Part shown: positions 56,717 to 64,000 of the stretch, in pieces
Numbering within the stretch: position 1 is the stretch's first letter
Layout: the number at the start of each line of letters is the position of its first letter
Translations under genes and position numbers: made by a program
Notes under the pieces: generated by a model
Seen by the model: only the letters and a program-made list of their open reading frames with translations
Databases searched by the model: none
Told to the model about the DNA's origin: nothing
Origin: Clostridiales bacterium UBA7285
GTDB taxonomy: Bacteria > Bacillota > Clostridia > Peptostreptococcales > Anaerovoracaceae
Direction of reading: 5' to 3'
Length of the DNA: 64,000 nucleotides
Assembly (NCBI GenBank): GCA_002472145.1
Contig: DKRJ01000026.1
Span: 1,021-65,020, forward strand

Positions 56717-57637
56717 ATGTTTATCAAGAACTTCAATCAGATGCGCGAGATGGTAAGCACGGGCAAGAAACGCACCGTGGCTGTCGTCTGCGCACATGAC
56801 GAGCACGCCCTGGAAGCCGTTCTGCAGGCATACAGCGAAGGGCTCATGGATTACGTGCTCATCGGGAAAAAGGACGTCATAATCGAAAAAGGCCACATGC
56901 ATAAGGTAGACATCCCGGATGACAAGATCGTCAACTGCGAAGACGATGTCGAATGCGCGAGGATCGCCATCCAGATGGTCAAGGACAGAGACGTCGACTT
57001 CATCCAGAAGGGACTGATAAAGACGGCGACACTCCTTCACGAGGTCGTGAACCCGGAGACGGGGCTCAACGTCGGACGCACCATCTCGCATCTGGCTCTG
57101 CTCGACACGGAAAAATACCACAAGATAATAGGTGTTACCGACGGCGGGATCATCATCCATCCTGACCTCGACATGAAGAAGGCCATCGTGAACAACGCCG
57201 TCAGCGCTTTCCTCAATCTGGGCTACGATAAGCCTAAGGTCGCCGCACTTTGCGCCATCGAATACGTGAATCCTAAGATGCCTGAGACTGTAGATGCCCA
57301 GAAACTCGCGAAAATGGCGGAAACGGGAGAGATCCCGAACTGCTACATCGCGGGCCCGATCTCGATGGACCTCGCCTGCAACGCTGAATCCGCGACGATC
57401 AAAGGATACAGGCATCCGGTGGCCGGCGACGTCGACATCCTGCTCGTTCCTTCCATTACGGCAGGCAACATCGTCGTAAAAGCAATCACCGGATTCTCGA
57501 ACGCTCTGTTCGCGGGATGCGTCATAGGCGCCAAGTGCCCGATAGCTCTCAACTCCAGAAGCTCCACATTCGAGGAGAAATATTACGGTCTGATCGCCTG
57601 CAGTCTGATGGTAGACAGAGAACACGACGAGGAGTGA
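56717..57637 (+). CDS. ptb: phosphate butyryltransferase
   Basis: PTA_PTB family; RTVAVVCAHDEHALEAV, DFIQKGLIKTATLL, NPKMPETVDAQ, NSRSST. Only a 26-nt gap after pyc, containing an RBS and no hairpin. Confidence 0.88.
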   Translation: MFIKNFNQMREMVSTGKKRTVAVVCAHDEHALEAVLQAYSEGLMDYVLIGKKDVIIEKGHMHKVDIPDDKIVNCEDDVECARIAIQMVKDRDVDFIQKGLIKTATLLHEVVNPETGLNVGRTISHLALLDTEKYHKIIGVTDGGIIIHPDLDMKKAIVNNAVSAFLNLGYDKPKVAALCAIEYVNPKMPETVDAQKLAKMAETGEIPNCYIAGPISMDLACNAESATIKGYRHPVAGDVDILLVPSITAGNIVVKAITGFSNALFAGCVIGAKCPIALNSRSSTFEEKYYGLIACSLMVDREHDEE

Positions 57638-57755
57638 TCGGGACCGGACAGAAACTCTACATCGGGTGTATATCGGGCGGCAGACGGCGTTCATACGTGC
57701 TGCAAAGGTCAGTTTTTGAGCGCCGCCGGCCGTTCATTACGGAAGGAGAGCTTAG

Positions 57756-59534
57756 ATGAAAATGCTTTTGACCGGAGACGAGGCCATTGCACGCGGAGCC
57801 TGGGAAGCGGGCGTCCGACATGCGGCTGCGTATCCGGGAACACCTAGTACCGAGATCCTGGAGAACATCGCGAAATACGATGAGATCTATGCCGAATGGG
57901 CGCCAAACGAAAAAGTCGCGATGGAGTCTGTCATCGGCGCATCAATGGCGGGAGTGCGGAGCATGGCATCCATGAAGCACGTAGGCGTCAACGTCGCAGC
58001 CGACCCGCTCATGACCTTCTCATACATGGGCGTCAACGGAGGCGCCGTACTCGTCTGCGCGGATGAACCTGGGATGTTCAGTTCGCAGAACGAGCAGGAC
58101 AACAGGAATTACGCCCGCATGGGAAAATTTCCGATGCTGGAGCCATCCGACAGCCAGGAATGCCGCGATATGATGATCAAGGCGTTCGACCTGTCGGAAA
58201 AGTACAACGTCGTAACGATGGTCAGGCTCGTGACGAGAGTCTGCCACAGCAAATCCGTCGTCGAGACGGGGGATCGCGTCGAAGTCCCGGTAAAGGAATG
58301 GAGACCCGACCCTATGAAATACGTCGCTCTCCCGGCTCACTCCCGCGTCCTCAGAGTACATCTGGAGGAACGCACGGCGAGCCTCAGGGAATACAGCGAA
58401 ACGTCACCTTTCAATTTCGAAGAGATGCACGACACCTCGACGGGCGTCATCGCATCGGGCCCTTCTTACTATTACGCCAAAGAATATTTCGGCGACAGCG
58501 TGTCGTATCTGAAACTCGGGTTCACGAACCCGCTCCCGGAAAAACTCATCAGAGACTTCTGCTCTAAAGTCGACACGGTCTATATCCTCGAAGAGGACGA
58601 TCCGTACATAGAAGATTTTGTTAAAACCCTCGGCATCGAATGCCACGGAAAGGACACGTTCCCTCCGTACGGCGAGATGACGCCTGATGTTATCAGAAAA
58701 TCGCTGACGGGAGCCGGCCTTCCTTCGGTCGATTACGACAGGACCAAAGTATTTTCACGTCCGCCTTCGCTCTGCGCCGGATGCCCTCACAGAGGCCTCT
58801 TCTACAGGCTCGGAAAGAGAAAGGACATCATGATCTCGGGCGACATCGGCTGCTATACGCTGGCCGCCGGAGCGCCTTACAACGCGATGAATTCCTGCGT
58901 ATGCATGGGAGCGTCGATATCGGTGGGTCACGGCGCCCAGCAGGCGTTCAACCGCGCGGGGGTGAAGAGAAAGGTCGTTACCGTCCTCGGAGACTCGACT
59001 TTCTTCCACACCGGCGTCATCTCTCTGATCAACACGGTATATAACAACAGCAACACCATCAACATCATCCTCGACAACAGGACGACGGGCATGACAGGCC
59101 ATCAGCCTAACCCGGGCACAGGTTTCAACGCCAAAGAGCAGCCCGCGCCGATGATCGACCTGAAAAAGCTCGTCGAGGCGATCGGCATCAGGCACGTGAA
59201 GGTAATAGATCCTAACCGCCTGGACGAAGTGGACGCGGCGCTCGACGAATTCATGGATCTGGACGAGCCTTCCGTGATCATCACCAGGTACCCTTGCGCG
59301 CTGAAGAAATTCTCGGACGCCGACCGTGCGGAGTTTCCGGGCCTTTTCTCCACGAAGGACAGAGTGGACGCGGAGAAATGCATAGGCTGCAGGAAATGCC
59401 AGTCGACCGGGTGCCCGGCGCTCGTATTTGACGGCGCGGCAAAAAAAGTCTCGATCAGGCGCTCGGACTGCGTCGGATGCGACGTATGCGTACAGGTCTG
59501 CCCGACGGGAGCGATCGCAAAGGAGGAAGAGTGA
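57756..59534 (+). CDS. iorA: indolepyruvate (arylpyruvate):ferredoxin oxidoreductase, alpha subunit
   Basis: 592 aa. N-terminus LLTGDEAIARGAWEAGV..YPGTPSTEI, TPP region GDSTFFHTG, C-terminal 2x[4Fe-4S] (CIGCRKC..CP, CVGCDVCVQVCP). Confidence 0.9.
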   Translation: MKMLLTGDEAIARGAWEAGVRHAAAYPGTPSTEILENIAKYDEIYAEWAPNEKVAMESVIGASMAGVRSMASMKHVGVNVAADPLMTFSYMGVNGGAVLVCADEPGMFSSQNEQDNRNYARMGKFPMLEPSDSQECRDMMIKAFDLSEKYNVVTMVRLVTRVCHSKSVVETGDRVEVPVKEWRPDPMKYVALPAHSRVLRVHLEERTASLREYSETSPFNFEEMHDTSTGVIASGPSYYYAKEYFGDSVSYLKLGFTNPLPEKLIRDFCSKVDTVYILEEDDPYIEDFVKTLGIECHGKDTFPPYGEMTPDVIRKSLTGAGLPSVDYDRTKVFSRPPSLCAGCPHRGLFYRLGKRKDIMISGDIGCYTLAAGAPYNAMNSCVCMGASISVGHGAQQAFNRAGVKRKVVTVLGDSTFFHTGVISLINTVYNNSNTINIILDNRTTGMTGHQPNPGTGFNAKEQPAPMIDLKKLVEAIGIRHVKVIDPNRLDEVDAALDEFMDLDEPSVIITRYPCALKKFSDADRAEFPGLFSTKDRVDAEKCIGCRKCQSTGCPALVFDGAAKKVSIRRSDCVGCDVCVQVCPTGAIAKEEE

Positions 59535-60112
59535 TGACAAAGAACATTCTGCTTGCCGGGGTAGGCGGGCAGGGGACCATCCTTGCCGCAAAGATGCTCA
59601 CCATCGGCCTGCTCGAAGAAGGATATGACGTAAAGATGAGCGAGATACACGGGATGAGCCAGCGCGGCGGCAACGTCGTATCGCAGGTCAGATACAGCCG
59701 TGAAAAGGTATATTCCCCTGTCATCGAAAAAGGTACCGCTGACATCGTCGTTGCCTTTGAGGAAATGGAGGCTCTCCGCAACCTGGACTACTTGAAACCG
59801 GAAGGCACTGTCGTAGTGAACACCGAGAGGATCCCGTCCATGACAGTCCTCACCGGCAAAGAGAATTATCCGGATGACGTGATCGGCGAGATCGAAAAGG
59901 CTGCCGGGCGGACGATAAAGATCGACGCCCATTCGATGGCCGAAAAACTCGGCAACGTCAAAGCCACGAACGTGATCCTTCTCGGGGTCCTCGTGAAGTC
60001 GATGGGGCTTACCGATATCAACTGGGAAGAGATAATCAGGAAAAACGTCAAGCCACAGTTCGCGGAACTGAACGTCAGCGCTCTCAGAGCGGGAATGGAG
60101 GCAGCAGGATGA
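59534..60112 (+). CDS. iorB: indolepyruvate:ferredoxin oxidoreductase, beta subunit
   Basis: ATG at 59534 overlaps the iorA stop (GTGATGA). ILLAGVGGQGTILA, EIHGMSQRGG. Confidence 0.88.
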   Translation: MTKNILLAGVGGQGTILAAKMLTIGLLEEGYDVKMSEIHGMSQRGGNVVSQVRYSREKVYSPVIEKGTADIVVAFEEMEALRNLDYLKPEGTVVVNTERIPSMTVLTGKENYPDDVIGEIEKAAGRTIKIDAHSMAEKLGNVKATNVILLGVLVKSMGLTDINWEEIIRKNVKPQFAELNVSALRAGMEAAG

Positions 60113-61296
60113 TATCGTCTAAAATGAAACCTCTCGTCGCCGGAAGTTCAGTGATACGGCAGATGTTCGAGGAGGGGAAGAAACTCGCAGCCGAATACGG
60201 ACCTGAAAACGTCTTCGATTTCAGCCTCGGCAATCCGAACGTGCCCGCTCCCGAAGCGGTCAAAAACGCCATCGTAGACATAGTGACAAACGAGGACCCG
60301 GTAAAGGTCCACGGCTATATGAGCAACGCCGGATTCCCGGAAACGCGGAAAGTGATCGCCGATAATCTCAACAGGAGATTCGGCACGTCCTTTACGGAGA
60401 ACAACGTCATCATGACGGTCGGCGCTGCGACAGCTCTGAACATCAGCCTGAAGACGATGCTCGAACCAGGAGACGAGGTGATATGCTTTGCCCCGTTCTT
60501 CGTGGAGTACGGCAACTATATCTCCAACTACGACGGGAAACTCGTCGTAGTCAGCCCGAACCCGGAGGGCGGCTTCATGCCGCGCCTCGATGAGTTCGAG
60601 GCTAAGGTCACCCCAAAGACAAAGGCCGTCATCATCAACAGCCCGAATAACCCGACAGGCGTGATCTATCCGGCCGAAGTGATAGAGCAGATCGCCGGCA
60701 TACTCCGAAATAGGCAGGCTGAGTACGGGACGGTTATATACATCGTGGCCGATGAGCCGTACAGGGAACTCGCCTACGGAGGGGCAGAAGTGCCGTATCT
60801 GAGCAAGTTTTACGATAATACGATTATAGGGTACTCATACAGCAAATCCCTTTCTCTCCCGGGCGAAAGGATCGGCTACGTCGTCATCCCGGATGAGGCT
60901 GACGGCTCCGCGGAATTCATTCAGGCAGCGACGATCGCAAACAGGATCGCCGGAGGAGTGAACGCTCCTTCTTTGATGCAGCTCGTGATCGCCAGATGCG
61001 TCGACGAGAAGTGCGATGTCGCTTTCTATGAGAAAAACGGGAAAACGCTCTATGACGCTTTGACGGCCATGGGCTTCGAATGCGTCAAACCGCAGGGAGC
61101 CTTCTATCTCTGGATGAAGACGCCTGTCCCGGACGCTGAATTCGTTGCGGAAGCCAAAAAGAGGAATATCCTGGTCGTCCCGGGCACGTCATTTGCCGGA
61201 CCGGGCTATGTCAGGATCTCGTACTGCGTATCCTACGACACCATCATCAGGTCGCTCCCGGGGTTCCGGGAACTCGCGAATATTTACTTCAAATGA
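60109..61296 (+). CDS. class I/II PLP-dependent aminotransferase
   Basis: FSLGNPNVP, NSPNNPTG, PLP-lysine context YSYSKSLSLPGERIGY. 4-nt overlap with iorB. Confidence 0.9.
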   Translation: MISSKMKPLVAGSSVIRQMFEEGKKLAAEYGPENVFDFSLGNPNVPAPEAVKNAIVDIVTNEDPVKVHGYMSNAGFPETRKVIADNLNRRFGTSFTENNVIMTVGAATALNISLKTMLEPGDEVICFAPFFVEYGNYISNYDGKLVVVSPNPEGGFMPRLDEFEAKVTPKTKAVIINSPNNPTGVIYPAEVIEQIAGILRNRQAEYGTVIYIVADEPYRELAYGGAEVPYLSKFYDNTIIGYSYSKSLSLPGERIGYVVIPDEADGSAEFIQAATIANRIAGGVNAPSLMQLVIARCVDEKCDVAFYEKNGKTLYDALTAMGFECVKPQGAFYLWMKTPVPDAEFVAEAKKRNILVVPGTSFAGPGYVRISYCVSYDTIIRSLPGFRELANIYFK

Positions 61297-61334
61297 ATCA
61301 ACCAAGCTAAGAAGCGGAACAGGAGGAAATACAT

Positions 61335-62459
61335 ATGATTAGAGAACTGATCATAAATTCCGGCTCGACTAGCACTAAACTGGCTGTATTTGAAGACGGG
61401 CGCGATGTGTTTTCAAAAACAGTATCGTACAGCGAAAAACAGATCGCCGAATGCGGCGGCCTCTACGAACAGATCCCTATGAGGAAGCAGGCCGTCATCG
61501 ATTTTTTAAAGGAAGCCGGGTATCAGATGGGCGACTTTGACGCCATCATGTGCCGCGGTGGGATGGTATGGGGCATCCACATGGGCGGATACCGCGTGAA
61601 CGATGAACTCGCGGAAGCCCTGCGCGACCCGGAAGTCTGCTCGCCGCACGCCTCGGATCTGGCAGGCATCATCGGCAAGGAACTCGCCGACGAGTCAGGC
61701 ACCGGAGTGGAAGCATACATCTACGATGCCGTGACCGGAGCGTCCTTAAGCGACGTGGCGATGATAACGGGGTTCCCGGAGATAACCCGCAGGAGCTGCT
61801 GCCACGTGCTCAATTCACACGCGCAGGCTCTGCGCTACGCCGAGGAGCACGGGAAAAAATACGAGGATCTGAGCCTGATAGTGGCGCATCTCGGCGGAGG
61901 CATCTCGTTCTGCGCCATCGAAGACGGAAAGATCATCGACTCCATCGGCGACGACGACGGCGCTTTTTCGCCTGAGCGTTCCGGTTTCACGCAGATCCTG
62001 CCGATAATCAAAATGTGCTACAGCGGCAAATACACGTATGACGAGATGGTGTCGATGATCCGCGGCAAGGGCGGGCTCGTCGCTTATCTCGGCACGTCAG
62101 ACGTCATCGAGATCGAGAACATGATAAGGGCGGGCAACAGAAAAGCCGAACTGCTGTACGAGGCTCAGGCGTATCAGATCGCAAAGGGCATAGGCGAGAT
62201 GATGGTGGTGGTAAAGGGCAAACTTGACACCATCATCCTGACAGGCGGCATCGCCCACTCTAAAATGCTCACCGAGAAGGTGCGCAAGTACGTTGAATTC
62301 GCGGCGCCGGTAACGATCTATCCGGGAGAGCAGGAGATGGAAGCGCTCGCTCAGGGCGGCATCAGAATGCTGACCGGTCAGGAGCCGATAAAGGAATTTT
62401 CTCTGAGGGCACTGAAGAAAAACCTGAGATCGCCGCTTAAAAGGGAGAACACCATATGA
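61335..62459 (+). CDS. buk: butyrate (short/branched/aryl-acyl) kinase
   Basis: ASKHA family; INSGSTSTKLAVFEDG, VAHLGGGIS, LTGGIAHS. Confidence 0.92.
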   Translation: MIRELIINSGSTSTKLAVFEDGRDVFSKTVSYSEKQIAECGGLYEQIPMRKQAVIDFLKEAGYQMGDFDAIMCRGGMVWGIHMGGYRVNDELAEALRDPEVCSPHASDLAGIIGKELADESGTGVEAYIYDAVTGASLSDVAMITGFPEITRRSCCHVLNSHAQALRYAEEHGKKYEDLSLIVAHLGGGISFCAIEDGKIIDSIGDDDGAFSPERSGFTQILPIIKMCYSGKYTYDEMVSMIRGKGGLVAYLGTSDVIEIENMIRAGNRKAELLYEAQAYQIAKGIGEMMVVVKGKLDTIILTGGIAHSKMLTEKVRKYVEFAAPVTIYPGEQEMEALAQGGIRMLTGQEPIKEFSLRALKKNLRSPLKRENTI

Positions 62460-63271
62460 ATGAAGAAAAACGTGTCGCGCTTCTGATAGACGCGGAAAAC
62501 GTATCAGCCCAGTACGCGGACCGCATCCTGGAGGAGGTCTCGAACTACGGGATATGCTCGTATAAAAGGATATACGGCGCGTGGGACAGGATCGTGCAGA
62601 CGAAATGGGAGAGTCAGATAAACAAGTATTCTCTCAAGCCGATCATGCTCTTCAACAACATAAAGGGCAAAACGGCCACTGACACGTCCCTGATCATCGA
62701 CGCGATGGATATCCTCTATAAGGGAACGACCGATGTTTTCTGCATCGTCTCATCCGACAGCGACTTTACTGCGCTGGCGAGGCGCCTTCTGGAGGAGGGC
62801 GTCGAGGTGATCGGCATGGGCGAGTCGTCCAAGGCGACCGAGGCGCTCGAGAACGCGTGCAGCAAATACGTCTACATCGACCTCCTCGACAAGGACGAAG
62901 ATGACGAAAAATCACTGAACGCGTCAGACGCTCCAGTTTCGCAGGAATCCGCCTCTTCCTCTGCCAGAACAGAACACGGGCACAGAGACGCCCAGAAGAA
63001 GTCCGAGCGTACCGCCGGCAACACTCCGGGCAAAAAGGATATCGAAAACAAGATAAAGCAGATAATCATGGAGAACGAAGACCGCGGCAGGCAGACCGAT
63101 CTCGGCCTTCTGGGCAACGAACTGATAAAGGCCTTCCGCAACTTCGACGTCCGCTACTACGAAAAGAAGGGCGGCGGCAAATACGCGTACCTGAAGGATT
63201 TCGTGAGCGATTACAAGAGTTTCAAATTGACGGAGACGCTCGACAAGGGCATCATCGTAAGCCTGAAATAA
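62456..63271 (+). CDS. NYN (LabA-like) domain protein with C-terminal OST-HTH/LOTUS domain
   Basis: LLIDAENV, CIVSSDSDFTALARRL (NYN acidic residues). Acidic/Ser linker. C-terminal LGLLGNELIKAFRNFDVRYY..KLKDFV pattern of OST-HTH. ATGA overlap with buk. Confidence 0.8.
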   Translation: MNEEKRVALLIDAENVSAQYADRILEEVSNYGICSYKRIYGAWDRIVQTKWESQINKYSLKPIMLFNNIKGKTATDTSLIIDAMDILYKGTTDVFCIVSSDSDFTALARRLLEEGVEVIGMGESSKATEALENACSKYVYIDLLDKDEDDEKSLNASDAPVSQESASSSARTEHGHRDAQKKSERTAGNTPGKKDIENKIKQIIMENEDRGRQTDLGLLGNELIKAFRNFDVRYYEKKGGGKYAYLKDFVSDYKSFKLTETLDKGIIVSLK

Positions 63272-63278
63272 AGCAAAA

Positions 63279-63316
63279 CCGCAGGGCTCTTCAAAAGAGA
63301 CCCTGCGGTTGTTTCT
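63279..63316. terminator. bidirectional hairpin terminator between the NYN gene (+) and tRNA-Glu (-)
   Basis: CCGCAGGG...CCCTGCGG 8-bp stem with an inner CTC/GAG, followed by TTGTTTCT on + and preceded by AAAA. Confidence 0.7.
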
Positions 63317-63390
63317 GGTATCGCCTAAGGGAGTCGAACCCTTGACTCCGCCGTGAGAGGGCGACGTCTTGACCACTTGACCAAGGCGAC
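63316..63390 (-). tRNA. trnE: tRNA-Glu (anticodon CUC), CCA encoded
   Basis: Manual fold of the reverse complement: GTCGCCT TG GTC AAGTGGTCAA GAC G TCGCC CTCTCAC GGCGG AGTC AAGGG TTCGACT CCCTT AGGCGAT A CCA. Same architecture as E. coli tRNA-Glu. 75 nt. Confidence 0.88.
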
Positions 63391-63422
63391 ATATCGTCAT
63401 TGCGCTCGAAAGCACATGTTTT

Positions 63423-63451
63423 ATTATATAGGTTAAAATCGATCTTGTCTA
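63423..63451 (-). promoter_or_regulatory. sigma-70-type promoter of tRNA-Glu
   Basis: On the minus strand: TAGACA, 17-nt spacer, TATAAT, ending about 33 nt upstream of the tRNA 5' end. Confidence 0.5.
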
Positions 63452-63495
63452 CTGTTTTTTTTAAACTCTCTTTGGAAGTATTGAGGTGAGGAGAG

Positions 63496-64000
63496 ATGAG
63501 GGTTTATTCAAGCACCAGAGGCGGCGTCGGGGATCTTGCCGCCGCTGAAGCCATTATTCAGGGGCTGGCTCCGGACGGGGGACTTTTTGTTCCGGACGCT
63601 ATCCCGCCTCTTCCGGATCTGCCGGAGGGAAAGGCGGATTACAGAGATATCGCCGTACCCGTTATAGGCGCTTTTTTTGATGACTACGCGGAAGAGGAGA
63701 TAAGGCGAGCGGCTGAACTGGCATACGACTCGAAGTTCGACACGGAAGAGATCGTCCCTCTGAAGAAAGCCGGCGGTGCGTATTTTCTCGAACTGTACCA
63801 CGGAAAGACCTCGGCTTTTAAGGACATGGCGCTGTCGATCCTTCCGTACCTGCTTACCGGAGCCGTCAGAAAGACGGGAGACGACAGAAGGATACTCATA
63901 CTTACGGCGACGTCGGGCGATACCGGTAAAGCCGCGCTCGAGGGCTTTGCCGACGTACCGGGCACGGAGATAGCGGTTTTTTATCCGGAGACCGGGGTCA
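63496..64000 (+). CDS. thrC: threonine synthase, N-terminal part (continues past the window end)
   Basis: GAGG RBS. MRVYSSTRGG..AIIQGLAPDGGLFVP and PLP-lysine motif TSAFKDMALS. No stop before nt 64000. Confidence 0.9.
   Translation, partial: MRVYSSTRGGVGDLAAAEAIIQGLAPDGGLFVPDAIPPLPDLPEGKADYRDIAVPVIGAFFDDYAEEEIRRAAELAYDSKFDTEEIVPLKKAGGAYFLELYHGKTSAFKDMALSILPYLLTGAVRKTGDDRRILILTATSGDTGKAALEGFADVPGTEIAVFYPETGV

Noticed and set aside
56264-57694. 476-aa minus-strand ORF antisense to the pyc 3' end and ptb
   Set aside because: Shadow ORF. It spans two well-supported + strand genes and their intergenic RBS, and no motifs are present.
58755-59932. 278-aa and 276-aa minus-strand ORFs antisense to iorA/iorB
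   Set aside because: Shadow ORFs. The + strand carries TPP and ferredoxin motifs.
1-64000. Prophage, integrative element, transposon, restriction-modification or known defence system
   Set aside because: I recognise no integrase, transposase, recombinase, phage structural gene, methyltransferase-nuclease pair, reverse transcriptase or cas gene in any frame. The AT-rich gaps contain only promoter- and terminator-like sequence.

Overview
This 64 kb window looks like a densely coding stretch of a Gram-positive (Bacillota, Clostridia-like) chromosome, judged from gene content and order. Conserved blocks include recG-rsmD-coaD-tmcAL, nifS-nifU, mtaB-hit, rpsU-yqeY-phoH-ybeY-era-recO, glyQS, ppdK, gltX, ung, typA and pyc. 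I support about 60 CDS (one frameshifted), one tRNA-Glu(CUC), several sigma-70-like promoters and Rho-independent terminators, and three in-frame or 3'-terminal tandem repeats. I see no rRNA, CRISPR array, integrase, transposase or phage genes, and no canonical defence-system hallmark, so most of the window is ordinary core genome. Six places may hold undescribed biology. (1) A monocistronic Lon-derived AAA+ protein has no protease domain, an atypical Walker B, and a 23-bp tandem triplication at its stop codon (27.2-29.0 kb). (2) A COG0523/CobW GTPase carries a seven-copy 42-bp in-frame repeat inside the G-domain and sits directly after a Zn-dependent alcohol dehydrogenase (43.1-45.5 kb). (3) A polytopic membrane protein ends in a LuxR-type HTH and lies convergent with a stand-alone degenerate receiver gene broken by an A8 frameshift. 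Next to it is a zinc-ribbon membrane protein plus tandem-TPM two-gene module (13.8-18.3 kb). (4) A block of orphan membrane proteins, a DUF4236 mini-protein and a 483-nt structured intergenic region occupy 9.5-13.0 kb. (5) A compact pyc-ptb-iorAB-aminotransferase-buk cassette is translationally coupled to a NYN/OST-HTH protein (53.2-63.3 kb). (6) There is a YbeY-cytidine deaminase fusion and an S9 peptidase-TldD-TldE operon. All functional calls rest on motif recognition by eye. No database search was run.
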